A stretch of DNA of 64,000 nucleotides from Spirulina sp. (GTDB taxonomy: Bacteria > Cyanobacteriota > Cyanobacteriia > Phormidesmidales > Phormidesmidaceae): NCBI GenBank assembly GCA_044070495.1, contig JBIPSI010000011.1:1-64000 (forward strand). Direction: 5' to 3'. The number at the start of each line of letters is the position of its first letter. The stretch's first letter is position 1. Position numbers and translations under genes: made by a program. Positions 25,165 through 35,107 of the stretch are shown piece by piece. Under the pieces are notes generated by a model, which did no database searches, was not told the origin of the DNA, and was given only the letters and a program-made list of their open reading frames with translations.

Positions 25165-27237
25165 TTAATCTTGGTGGCGGCAGAGGAGCACCACGGAGGA
25201 TCGGGCGCTGACGGGGTAGAGGTAGCTGTCTACAGGGGGGGCAGCTTCAGGATAGCAAAAGTCGTCGGGGGGGAAGAGGGCGGTATCGACGATGCGGTGC
25301 CAGCGGTGGGGTGGGTTGAGGATAGGTAGGTCAAACACGATCACCTCCCAGTAGGCGTTGAGCATGACGTGGATTTGTTCCTTGGCGGCGGGGTGGCGCA
25401 GGGTGAAGGCGAGGCTGTGGGAATTTTCCGACCAATCGGGCTGGTGTAGGCGGCAGCCGTGCCAAACGATGTGGGGTTCGGGGTGCCAGGTCTGGGTAAC
25501 TCGCAGCAGTTGCTCAACCTGGAAGATGGCCAGATTTTGGGTGAGGTGGATGATGCTTTGGGTGAAGCGCAGCAGGTCTTTTTCCTTATCTACGTCGTCC
25601 CAGTTGAACCAACTGAGTTCGTTGTTTTGGCAGTAGGCATTGTTGTTGCCCAGTTGGCTGCGGCGAATTTCGTCGCCCATCAGCAGCATGGGGGTGCCCT
25701 GGGCCATAAACAGCAGGGTGATGAAGTTGCGGATTTGCCGTCGCCGTAGGTGTTCGATGGCGGGGTTGTCCGAGGGGCCTTCGATGCCGCAGTTCCAGCT
25801 ATGGTTGTCGTTGGTGCCGTCTCGGTTATCTTCGTTATTGGCTTCGTTGTATTTCTGGTTGTAGGAGACCAGGTCGTTGAGGGTGAACCCATCGTGGCAG
25901 GTGACGAAGTGGACGCTGCGGTTGGGTTCGCGGTTGGGCTTTTGGTAGATGTCGGGGCTGCCGAGGAGGCGGGCGGCCAGATCGGGGACAACGCCGGTGT
26001 CGCCCTTCACAAACTGGCGCACATGGTCGCGGTAGGGGCCGTTCCACTCGGCAAAGCGGTCGCCGATGAAGGTGCCCACCTGGTAGAGTCCGGCGGCATC
26101 CCAGGCTTCGGCGATCAGCTTGGTGCCCGCCAAGATCGGGTCAGATTCAATGCTCCAGAGAATCGGTGGATCCTCTAGGGGGTTGCCCGCCAAATCCCGC
26201 GACAGCACCGAGGCCAGGTCAAACCGGAACCCGTCCACATGCATTTGGGAAACCCAGTAGCGCAGGCTATCCAAAATCATCCGCCCTACCACGGCATGGC
26301 TGGCCTTGAGGGTGTTGCCGCAGCCCGTGTAGTTGGAATAGTGGGCGAGGTTGTTGTCTTCCAATAAATAATAGGTTTCGTTGTCGATGCCCTTAAAGCT
26401 GAGGGTGGGGCCTTCGTGGTTGCCCTCGGCGGAGTGGTTAAACACCACGTCCAAAATTACCTCAATCCCGGCTCGGTGCAGGGCTTTCACCATGTCGCGA
26501 AATTCGTTGACTGGCCCTAGGGGGTCTTTACGGGAGCTGTAGCCTCGGTGGGGGGCAAAGAAGCCGAGGGTGCTGTAGCCCCAGTAGTTTTGCAAACCGG
26601 GCCGCACATCCTGGGGGTCGAACTGGTGGATAGGCAGCAGTTCCACGGCGGTGATGCCGAGATCTTGCAGGTAGGGAATTTTGTCGATAATGCCCGCAAA
26701 GGTGCCCCGTTCCTCCTCCGGCAGGTTGGACGAGGGATGCTGGGTGAAGCCGCCCACGTGCATTTCATAGATGACGCTGTTGGCATAGGAAATCCGCAGG
26801 GGCCGATCTCCCTCCCAGTCGTAGCTGCGGTTATCGACGACGACCCCTTTCAGGGCGGTGGCGCAGTTGTCCCCCGGCAGAATGGCGGCCTTGCGGTCGT
26901 AGATGTCGTCCCCCACGATGGCGCGGGCGTAGGGATCGAGCAGCACCTTTTGGGGATCAAAGCGGTGACCCTGGGCTGGGTTGAAGGGACCATGGACGCG
27001 GTAGGCGTAGATTTGCCCCACCCGCAACCCCGGTACAAACACATGCCAATAGTAGGAGGTGCGATTCCACTGGGGATCTAAGGTGATCACGCGGCTGGGC
27101 GCTACGGTATTTTCCGAGTCGAACAGCAGCAGTTCAACCCCCGTCGCATGTTTGGAATAGAGACAAAAGTTAATCCCAATGGCGTAGACAGTGGCCCCAA
27201 GGGGATAACTTTGCCCTGGCAAAACGGTGGACGGCAT
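25165..27237 (-). CDS. glgX: Glycogen debranching enzyme / isoamylase
   Basis: PLGAT, LLDPYA, IYEMHV, NYWGY, DVVFNH, DGFRFDLAS, AEAWD, HDGFTLNDL, GNNNAYCQ. Confidence 0.97.
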   Translation of the reverse strand: MPSTVLPGQSYPLGATVYAIGINFCLYSKHATGVELLLFDSENTVAPSRVITLDPQWNRTSYYWHVFVPGLRVGQIYAYRVHGPFNPAQGHRFDPQKVLLDPYARAIVGDDIYDRKAAILPGDNCATALKGVVVDNRSYDWEGDRPLRISYANSVIYEMHVGGFTQHPSSNLPEEERGTFAGIIDKIPYLQDLGITAVELLPIHQFDPQDVRPGLQNYWGYSTLGFFAPHRGYSSRKDPLGPVNEFRDMVKALHRAGIEVILDVVFNHSAEGNHEGPTLSFKGIDNETYYLLEDNNLAHYSNYTGCGNTLKASHAVVGRMILDSLRYWVSQMHVDGFRFDLASVLSRDLAGNPLEDPPILWSIESDPILAGTKLIAEAWDAAGLYQVGTFIGDRFAEWNGPYRDHVRQFVKGDTGVVPDLAARLLGSPDIYQKPNREPNRSVHFVTCHDGFTLNDLVSYNQKYNEANNEDNRDGTNDNHSWNCGIEGPSDNPAIEHLRRRQIRNFITLLFMAQGTPMLLMGDEIRRSQLGNNNAYCQNNELSWFNWDDVDKEKDLLRFTQSIIHLTQNLAIFQVEQLLRVTQTWHPEPHIVWHGCRLHQPDWSENSHSLAFTLRHPAAKEQIHVMLNAYWEVIVFDLPILNPPHRWHRIVDTALFPPDDFCYPEAAPPVDSYLYPVSARSSVVLLCRHQD

Positions 27238-27388
27238 AGGGGCACTCTCAGCAAATGGCAGCGTTAACGATAAACCTAGGGGTTTGCCGCATCCCTGGCA
27301 AGGGTTCATGCTCCGCTTGTCACCCACCCATGATTTGATCGCCGCCTAGGCGCTACGGATTTTCTCCTAGGAGGCGTTTCCTGGGGCT

Positions 27389-28402
27389 TTATTCACCGTA
27401 GACGCTGCTGGCCACCTTGCCGCGAAACACCACGTAGTTGTAGATGTTGTAGAACAGCATGATGGGAATCAGCACCCCGATGAAGGTGAGCATGAACACC
27501 AGCGCACTGGGGGCAGCAGCGGCCTGATAAATCGTGATTTGGGTCGGGATGATATAGGGAAACACAATCAATCCTAGACCAAGGAAGGTGAGCAGAAAAA
27601 TCAAAATCGTCCACACAAAGGGGGTTACTTCCTCTTCCCGTTGGAGGCTCCGCAGCAGCAGCCCCACTAGCGCCACTCCCAGGACTGGGATCACCGCAAA
27701 AATATAGACCAGGGGCGGGCTAAATAGACGATCCCGGACGGCTTCGTAGAAAATCGGCGTGGCGATGGTGATCAGCACGGCACCAATCAGGGTCGTCGCC
27801 GCCGCCAGCTTGGCGGTGCGGTAGTGGGTCTTTTGTAGGTCGCCCTCGGTTTTGAGGATCAGGTACGTAGAGCCAATCAGGACATAACCCTGAATCAGGG
27901 TCAGAGCCACCAGCAGGGAACGCCAGTCTAGCCAGTCCCACAAAGATCCAATAAAGTGCCCCGCTTCGTCTACCTCAATTCCGGCAATTACCGCCCCAAG
28001 GGCAAATCCCTGGCCCAGGGCAGCCAGAAAGCTACCCGCCCCAAAGGCAAAATTCCACACCAGCTTGCGGTCAGAATGCTCGCGAAACTCAAAGGCCACG
28101 GCCCGAAAAATCAGCCCAAAAATCATCATAAAGATGGGGATATACAGGGCATTGAGAATGGTGCCGTAGGCCAGGGGAAAGGCCCCAAACAGGGCACCTC
28201 CCATCAGCACCAACCAGGTTTCGTTGGCATCCCAAATGTTGCCGAGGCTGGTCATCAACATGCTGCGCCGTTCTTCGTTGGAACTGGTGAGGGACAAAAT
28301 CCCCACCCCTAGGTCAAAGCCATCCAGCATGACGTAAAGCAGCAGAAACAGGGCCAAAATCACAAACCAGACCTGGGGCAAAAAATGAATGAGTGCGTCC
28401 AT
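27389..28402 (-). CDS. cydB: Cytochrome bd ubiquinol oxidase subunit II
   Basis: LDGFDLGVG, WDANETWLV, RAVAFEFR, FRGKV. Confidence 0.97.
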   Translation of the reverse strand: MDALIHFLPQVWFVILALFLLLYVMLDGFDLGVGILSLTSSNEERRSMLMTSLGNIWDANETWLVLMGGALFGAFPLAYGTILNALYIPIFMMIFGLIFRAVAFEFREHSDRKLVWNFAFGAGSFLAALGQGFALGAVIAGIEVDEAGHFIGSLWDWLDWRSLLVALTLIQGYVLIGSTYLILKTEGDLQKTHYRTAKLAAATTLIGAVLITIATPIFYEAVRDRLFSPPLVYIFAVIPVLGVALVGLLLRSLQREEEVTPFVWTILIFLLTFLGLGLIVFPYIIPTQITIYQAAAAPSALVFMLTFIGVLIPIMLFYNIYNYVVFRGKVASSVYGE

Positions 28403-28441
28403 GGCTTTAAATTTCTAGGTTTCAAGTGCTAAAAGACTGAC

Positions 28442-29881
28442 CTACTGCTGAGCTTCGAGGGGGCGTTGGTCGGGGATAAAGGTGGCGGGTTCAACCTCCA
28501 GACTGGTCTGGTCTAGCCCCGGCACGGGCATGTCCAGGTTGGGGCCATGGCGCAGGATGCGGCTACCAAAATAGAGGGTGGCCACCAGCAAAACCGAGTA
28601 GACCACGGCAAAGGTGCTCAGCGAGGCCAGGATGGTTTCGGCAGGGATCTGGGTGGCGGCATCCGCCGTGCGAATTTCGCCGTACATCGTCCAGGGTTGA
28701 CGACCCACACAGCGCACAATCCAGCCCGATTCCACGGCAATGTAGCCCAGGGGAGCGGCAAAAATCCAGGTACGCAGCAGCCATTTTTGTTGGCCAATTT
28801 TTTCGGGGGATAGATTGCCCAAAAGCCACTGTAAGAGGCTCAACAGCATTAGCCCCGCCAAGAAGAAGCCAATGCCGCTCATGATCCGAAAGGCGTAGTA
28901 AATCAAACCCACCATGCGGGGGCGGTTTTCCGGTGCCCATTCCTTCAGCCCCAGCACGGGTTTGGAGAGGTTTTGCTTAAATTCCAAAATGTAGCCCAGG
29001 CCGTTGGGAATGGTGATCTCCCACTGGTTGGCCTGGGCGGTTTCGTCGGGGATCGCCAGCAGGCTCCAGTCGGCGGGTTGTCCGGCGGGGCTGGTGTCCC
29101 ACTTGGCCTCCATGGCCGCGAGTTTGGTGGGCTGGTACTCGGCCACCTGCTCGGCACTGAGGTGGCCAACGTAGATTTGCAGCGGCGTTACGGCGATGGC
29201 GGCGGCGAGGACAATTTTGAGGGATCGGGCAAAAAACTCCTGGTGGCGCTGGTTGAGAATGTACCAGGCGCTAATGCCGCCAATCACAAACAGCGAGGTC
29301 TCCAGGGTGGCCAAGAACATGTGGGACACGCTACGCACCATAAACGGGTTGGCAATGGCCTGGAAGTAGTCGCTGACAATGAACTTGCCGTTGACCATCT
29401 CGCCTCCCGCCGGGGTTTGCAGCCAGGAGTTGGCCACCAAAATCCAAAAGGTGGAAAGGTTGGCCCCAAAGGCGACCATAATCGTGGCGAGGTAGTGGAT
29501 GACGGGCGGTACCCGACCCCAGCCAAACAGCATAATGCCCAGGAACCCAGCCTCTAGCATGAAGGCCATGGCCCCCTCAAAGCCGAGGATGCTGCCAAAG
29601 AAGTCGCCCACCGCCTCCGAAAACGGTGCCCAGTTGGTGCCAAACTGAAATTCCATGGGCAACCCAGAGGCCACCCCAATGCCAAAGTTGAGCACGTAGA
29701 GCTTCGACCAAAAACGGGCGTGGCGGTAGTAGTCGGGGTTGCGGGTCTTCAGCCACATTCCCTCCACAATCACCAGGTAAATGGCCATCCCCGTGGTGAG
29801 CACGGGCCAGAGCATGTGAAAAATGGCCGTTAGCGCAAACTGCATACGCGATAGCGCCACAGCGTTCGAGAAGATATCCAT
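28442..29881 (-). CDS. cydA: Cytochrome bd ubiquinol oxidase subunit I
   Basis: SRMQFA...FH, FQFGTNW, QPTKLAAMEA, GRQPW. Confidence 0.97.
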   Translation of the reverse strand: MDIFSNAVALSRMQFALTAIFHMLWPVLTTGMAIYLVIVEGMWLKTRNPDYYRHARFWSKLYVLNFGIGVASGLPMEFQFGTNWAPFSEAVGDFFGSILGFEGAMAFMLEAGFLGIMLFGWGRVPPVIHYLATIMVAFGANLSTFWILVANSWLQTPAGGEMVNGKFIVSDYFQAIANPFMVRSVSHMFLATLETSLFVIGGISAWYILNQRHQEFFARSLKIVLAAAIAVTPLQIYVGHLSAEQVAEYQPTKLAAMEAKWDTSPAGQPADWSLLAIPDETAQANQWEITIPNGLGYILEFKQNLSKPVLGLKEWAPENRPRMVGLIYYAFRIMSGIGFFLAGLMLLSLLQWLLGNLSPEKIGQQKWLLRTWIFAAPLGYIAVESGWIVRCVGRQPWTMYGEIRTADAATQIPAETILASLSTFAVVYSVLLVATLYFGSRILRHGPNLDMPVPGLDQTSLEVEPATFIPDQRPLEAQQ

Positions 29882-30298
29882 AGAGCCTCAGGGGGGACAG
29901 GGGAAGGAAACCAGAACCAGATCACGAAGCCGGGGTTTCAACGATTCTCAACAATATTTTTTCGTCAGAGTTTAATAAGACGCTGTGCACTGCTTAATCT
30001 AACTGAATGGCTATATAGTCACAACGCAACGTCAAGTTCTGTAACGTTGGCGTGGAATACTCAGCGGATCTGGCGGAAGCCACTCTCCGCCATCCTTCAA
30101 TCCCAAGCCCGATCAGCCCCCCGTTGCCCTCCTCAGCCCATGGAACCCCAGGATAGCGAGGGCAACCGCCACCAAAGGCCATCCCCGGCGCGGTAAGATT
30201 CCCTGACAATTCGCACCCCTAAGGCATCTATCAGGGGATTCGCTTCCCCGTAATCTGTTAATGTCGTATTTTCATGTATTGAAGCCGTGATACGCCCC

Positions 30299-31216
30299 AT
30301 GCCTTCGTTACGCGGACGTGACCTCCTCAGCCTGAGTGACCTGAGTGCCGATGAACTCACCGGGTTGCTAGAATTTGCCGCCGATCTCAAGGCGGGCCAC
30401 AGTAGCCCCCTGTTTCCCAACAAAGTGCTGGGGCTGCTGTTTCGCAAAGCTTCGACCCGAACACGAGTGAGCTTTTCGGTGGCGATGTACCAACTGGGCG
30501 GGCAAGTGCTCGATCTCCATGCCGGGGTTACCCAGGTGGGGCGCGGCGAACCCACCAGCGATACGGCCCGTGTCCTCGACCGCTACCTGGATGTGGTGGC
30601 CATTCGCACCTTCGACCAGGCGGAAATCCAAGAATTTGCCGACTACGCCAAAATCCCCGTCATCAACGCCCTTACCGACCTAGAGCACCCCTGCCAAATC
30701 CTGGCCGACCTGCTCACCATTCAAGAGGAATTTGGCGACCTCAAGGGCCTCACCCTCACTTACTTGGGCGATGGCAACAATGTGGCCCATTCCCTGCTGT
30801 TGGGCTGCGCCATGGCGGGCATGAATGTTCACGTCGCCTCCCCCGAAGGCTACACCCCCGACCCCGCCATTGTGGCCCAGGCCAAAGCCCTGATGCCCCA
30901 GGGCGGCGAGGTGGTGATTACCCAAGATCCTGAAGCCGCCGTGAAGGGAGCCCAGGTGCTCTATACCGATGTTTGGGCCAGCATGGGCCAAGAAGATCTA
31001 GCCGACCAACGGCTGCCCATCTTTCAGCCCTACCAGGTGAACGACGACCTGCTCAGCCAAGCCAGCCCCGAAGCCATCGTCCTCCACTGCCTGCCCGCCC
31101 ACCGAGGTGAAGAAATTACCCACGAGGTGATGGAAGGCACCGCCTCACGGGTCTGGGATCAGGCCGAAAACCGCATGCACGCCCAGAAAGCCCTGCTGGC
31201 CAGCGTCCTAGGCTAA
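30299..31216 (+). CDS. argF: Ornithine carbamoyltransferase
   Basis: STRTR, HPCQILAD, GDGNNV, DVWASMG, HCLPAHRGEE, AENR. Confidence 0.98.
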   Translation: MPSLRGRDLLSLSDLSADELTGLLEFAADLKAGHSSPLFPNKVLGLLFRKASTRTRVSFSVAMYQLGGQVLDLHAGVTQVGRGEPTSDTARVLDRYLDVVAIRTFDQAEIQEFADYAKIPVINALTDLEHPCQILADLLTIQEEFGDLKGLTLTYLGDGNNVAHSLLLGCAMAGMNVHVASPEGYTPDPAIVAQAKALMPQGGEVVITQDPEAAVKGAQVLYTDVWASMGQEDLADQRLPIFQPYQVNDDLLSQASPEAIVLHCLPAHRGEEITHEVMEGTASRVWDQAENRMHAQKALLASVLG

Positions 31217-31400
31217 TTCTCAAGCCTGATGGATGGCCTCCGGTTTGGGCGCAGGCCATCTAGCACTGTGCCTTGGCCTTTTCTATACTTTGAGCAATAC
31301 TTTGATCGATCTCACTCCTTTGATCGGTCTCACTGCCGTGGGGCTTCCATAAAACCCCTGAGGCTTCCATAAAACCAGCGTTATCCAGCGAGTTTACGAC

Positions 31401-32495
31401 ATGGATTTAATTGATCTTCAATCTGTGACAGCGATGGCGGGGAAGCATGACCCCACAGCACAGCCTCGGCCCAAGCCCCTGCGGCAGTTGGGGATTAATC
31501 TAAACCATTGGTATGTGGTGGCCCAGAGCACAGAACTAACGGACAAGCCCCTAGCCCGTACCCTATGGCATCAGCCGATTGTGCTGTATCGCGACAGCCA
31601 GGGGCAGGCGGTGGCGGTGGAGGATCGCTGTCCCCACCGTCAGGTGAAGCTGAGCGAGGGCACCCTCGACGGCGATAATATTGTCTGTGCCTACCACGGC
31701 TGGCAGTTTGCCCCTAGCGGATCCTGCGCCCACATTCCCTACCTAGAACCTCAACAAAAGCTGCCCACCTGCACCCTGCGCACCTATCCTGTGAAGGAAA
31801 TGGACGGCTTTATCTGGCTGTTTCCCGGTGATGCAACCCTGGCGGATCAGGTTAAACCCATGGGGGTGCCGGAGTTTGAGCACCTCAACTTCATTGGATC
31901 GGTGGCGGTGATTGATGTGCAGTGCCACTACTCCTTTTTGATCGAAAACCTGATGGACATGTACCACGGGCATTTGCACGGTGGGGCGCAGGTGTGGGCC
32001 AATCCGGTGCTGGCGGGGCTAGAAACCGACGACACCCACGTCCACGCCCACTACGATGCCGAGAGCTACTACCGCATCGACAAAATTTGGTCGGCCTCCC
32101 AGTTGCTGATTCCTGCCCTACGCAAGCTGCACCCCGAACCCCTGGACGTGTACTACTACTATCCCCACTGGCGATCCACCCTAGGGGAAGACTTCGTGAT
32201 TTACTGCCTGTTTGGCCCCATCAGCGAGACCCACACCCGCGCCTACCTGCTGCATTTCACCTCCCTAGGGCGCTTCCCCAAGCTGCACAAGACCCCGGTA
32301 GCCGTGCGGCGGTTCTTCAAAAACGCCTTCACCAACTCGGCTAGCTTCGTGCTGCGGCGACTGGTGCGCGAAGATGTGCTGATGCTGGAGCAAGAGCAGC
32401 AAGCCTTTGACCAAAACCCCACCTACAAAGGCCCCGAACTGAACCGCACCCTAACGGCGGTGCAGCAGCTCATTCGTCGGCAGGCGGGGGGCTGA
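31401..32495 (+). CDS. Rieske non-heme iron oxygenase alpha subunit
   Basis: DRCPHR...CAYHGWQF; ENLMDMYHGHLH. Confidence 0.9.
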   Translation: MDLIDLQSVTAMAGKHDPTAQPRPKPLRQLGINLNHWYVVAQSTELTDKPLARTLWHQPIVLYRDSQGQAVAVEDRCPHRQVKLSEGTLDGDNIVCAYHGWQFAPSGSCAHIPYLEPQQKLPTCTLRTYPVKEMDGFIWLFPGDATLADQVKPMGVPEFEHLNFIGSVAVIDVQCHYSFLIENLMDMYHGHLHGGAQVWANPVLAGLETDDTHVHAHYDAESYYRIDKIWSASQLLIPALRKLHPEPLDVYYYYPHWRSTLGEDFVIYCLFGPISETHTRAYLLHFTSLGRFPKLHKTPVAVRRFFKNAFTNSASFVLRRLVREDVLMLEQEQQAFDQNPTYKGPELNRTLTAVQQLIRRQAGG

Positions 32496-32508
32496 GAGGG
32501 CGGCAGTT

Positions 32509-32617
32509 GATCCCCCCTAGCCCCCCTTGTGAAGGGGGGAACTGGATTCAAAGTCCTCCTTAAACAGTGGGGGATCGGTTTCAAAGTCCCCCTTCCCAGG
32601 GGAGATTTAGGGGGATC
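32509..32617. repeat. Cyanobacterial short dispersed palindromic repeat
   Basis: GATCCCCCCTAGCCCCCCTT..AAGGGGGA...AAAGTCCCCCTT...GATTTAGGGGGATC. Confidence 0.8.
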
Positions 32618-32778
32618 TCCCAGGACTTGCGACACGACAACAAGATGCGTATCAGCCGCAGATCCAAGGGAGAGGACTTGGGGTATGGCTTACCTCCCGT
32701 CAGGATAGGCTAGGGGAGCCTGAAACCCCTGGTTAAGGGTAGTCTTAGTAAAGCATTGGCATCACCGAGGCATGATCC

Positions 32779-33753
32779 ATGGTTGGCGTACAGCAACCCA
32801 CCTCCAATAGTTTTAAGAAACTCCAGGGCTTCTTGCGGGCCAGGGTGGGCCAAGCCATCCGCGATTACCGCATGATCGAAGCGGGCGACCGGGTAATGGT
32901 GTGCCTCTCCGGCGGTAAAGATTCCCACACCATGCTGGATATTTTGCGCCACCTCCAGCGCAGTGCGCCGATTCATTTTGATCTGATTGCCGTTAACCTC
33001 GATCAAAAGCAGCCCGGATTTCCGGCCCATGTGCTGCCGGAATATTTCGAGGCCATCGGCGTACCCTACCGGATTGTGGAGCAAGACACCTACAGCACCG
33101 TGAAGCGGGTGATCCCCGAAGGCAAAACCATGTGCGGTCTCTGTTCGCGGCTGCGGCGGGGCATTCTCTACCGGGTTGCCGCCGAGGAAGGGGCCACCAA
33201 AATTGCCCTCGGCCACCACCGGGACGACCTGATCGAAACCCTGTTTCTGAATATGTTCCACGGCGGCACCCTCAAGGCCATGCCGCCTAAATTGCTCACC
33301 GATGATCGCCGCCACATCGTCATTCGGCCCTTGGCCTACTGCCCTGAAAAAGACATTGCCCGCTATGCCCGCTATCGTCAGTTCCCGATCATTCCCTGCA
33401 CCCTCTGCGGTTCCCAGGCCAACCTGCAACGGGCACAGATCAAACAGATGATCCAAGACTGGGAGAGACAATGGCCAGGGCGCACCGAGAGCCTGTTTCG
33501 CAGTTTGCAGAACGTGGCCCCGTCTCAACTGGCGGATCCCAATTTGTTTGATTTCCAAGGGTTAGAGGAACGCCGCCGCCCCTCCGGTGAGGAATCCCTG
33601 GATGATTCGAGTTACGAATCGGCCCTGGAGGACGAGTTTAACCCCACCGCCCACTTGGCCATTGAACCCCCAGTCCTTGGCGGCCCCAATTCTGAATACC
33701 CAGGCCCCGAAAACCCTGGGTTAATCGATGCGCTGGTGGGCCCCAGATCCTAA
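32779..33753 (+). CDS. ttcA: tRNA 2-thiocytidine(32) synthetase
   Basis: SGGKDS PP-loop, [36 protein letters not shown]. Confidence 0.95.
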   Translation: MVGVQQPTSNSFKKLQGFLRARVGQAIRDYRMIEAGDRVMVCLSGGKDSHTMLDILRHLQRSAPIHFDLIAVNLDQKQPGFPAHVLPEYFEAIGVPYRIVEQDTYSTVKRVIPEGKTMCGLCSRLRRGILYRVAAEEGATKIALGHHRDDLIETLFLNMFHGGTLKAMPPKLLTDDRRHIVIRPLAYCPEKDIARYARYRQFPIIPCTLCGSQANLQRAQIKQMIQDWERQWPGRTESLFRSLQNVAPSQLADPNLFDFQGLEERRRPSGEESLDDSSYESALEDEFNPTAHLAIEPPVLGGPNSEYPGPENPGLIDALVGPRS

Positions 33754-33776
33754 TCACCATGAGAGCCTAAGCAACC

Positions 33777-34667
33777 ATGAGGATTCGTTCCCGCCGTTCT
33801 TCGACCCCACGCATCATTGGCCGCGATGGTGAAGAAGCCCCCGTGGTCTTGCGCCTGGGGGAACAGCCCACCCCCTGGCGCGACCTATACCATCGGCTGC
33901 TAACCCTATCGTGGCCGGGGTTCGTGATAGCCCTAGCGGGAACCTACTTTGCCATCAATGCCCTCTTTGCCTGGGCCTATTGGGTCAAGCCCGAAGCCAT
34001 CGCCAATGCCCGCCCCGGATCATTTTTGGATGCTCTGGCCTTTAGTGTGCAAACCATGGCCTCCATTGGCTATGGGGCGATGTATCCCCAAACCAACTAT
34101 GCTCACCTGTTGGTGATGGCCCAGGCCTTTGTGGGGTTGATGCTGTTGGCGATGGCCACCGGGCTTTGCTTTGCTCGGTTTGCCCTGCCCACGGCACGGA
34201 TTATCTTCAGCCACTATGCGGTGATCAGCCCCTTTAACGGGGTGCCCACCCTCATGTTTCGGGCTGCCAACCAGCGCCGCAACCGCATCCTCGAAGGGCG
34301 ACTGTGGGTGACGCTGGTGCGGGATGAAACCACCGCCGAGGGCGAGTTTTTCCGTCGGTTTTACGATCTGCCCATGGTGCGCGCCCAAACTCCGCTGTTT
34401 GCCCTAAGCTGGACGGCGATGCATACCCTAGATGCCCACAGCCCCCTCTACGGCGAAACCCCAGAATCCCTGACCGCCGCCAATGTAGAAATCATTGTCA
34501 TCCTCACGGGAATCGACGAAACCCTCTCCCAAACCATCCACGCCCGCCATTCCTTCATTGCCGACGAAATTCTTTGGGACTACCAATTCATCGATATTTT
34601 GGGCCAGACCGCCTCAGGCCAGCGCACCATCGATTTCCAAAAATTCCACCAAGTCAAACCGCTCTAA
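33777..34667 (+). CDS. Inward-rectifier potassium channel (KirBac)
   Basis: DLYH..LTLSW, FSVQTMASIGYG, FARF, GVPTLMFR, FHQV. Confidence 0.92.
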   Translation: MRIRSRRSSTPRIIGRDGEEAPVVLRLGEQPTPWRDLYHRLLTLSWPGFVIALAGTYFAINALFAWAYWVKPEAIANARPGSFLDALAFSVQTMASIGYGAMYPQTNYAHLLVMAQAFVGLMLLAMATGLCFARFALPTARIIFSHYAVISPFNGVPTLMFRAANQRRNRILEGRLWVTLVRDETTAEGEFFRRFYDLPMVRAQTPLFALSWTAMHTLDAHSPLYGETPESLTAANVEIIVILTGIDETLSQTIHARHSFIADEILWDYQFIDILGQTASGQRTIDFQKFHQVKPL

Positions 34668-34709
34668 GCCCAATTCTCCATGCCGTTAGCGCAACACCCC
34701 TATCAACAT

Positions 34710-35024
34710 CTAGGCATCATCGTCGGTTTTGCCAATGGGTTGAAGAATCAACGAATGATGGAGGGAGCCTGTAACCCCGTCGAACTCAGATCTTGAATGG
34801 GTACATCCAAAGGCCAGGGAGAATGGGTAGCGGTGGTAATCATCGTCATTCTGCTGTACGGTTCCTGCTAGGGAGTGGCGACCTTGCGCTAGCCAAGGTC
34901 GTTGATCCTCTTGCGGTTGCTCAAGAATGATGATTTCTACCGTATCGCCAGCGTGAAAAGGTAACCCTTTCAGCACTAAGGTGCCGTCTTCCATAAACGT
35001 TGCGGCTACTTTGTGGGCATTCAT
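34710..35024 (-). pseudogene. Antitoxin-like ORF carrying an out-of-frame MazF-like fragment
   Basis: EDGTLVLKGLPFHAGDTVEIII...SLAGTV; second frame MITTATHSPWPLDVPIQDLSSTGLQAPSIIR. Confidence 0.55.
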
Positions 35025-35107
35025 GGATCAACTCCATCGCGACGGCTGTCGTTGCAATCCACCCATGGGGGATATAGACATTAGTACCTTATGGCCTGAC
35101 GGATCCC

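Noticed and set aside
32710..33558. 282-aa minus-strand ORF
   Set aside because: Antisense shadow of ttcA.
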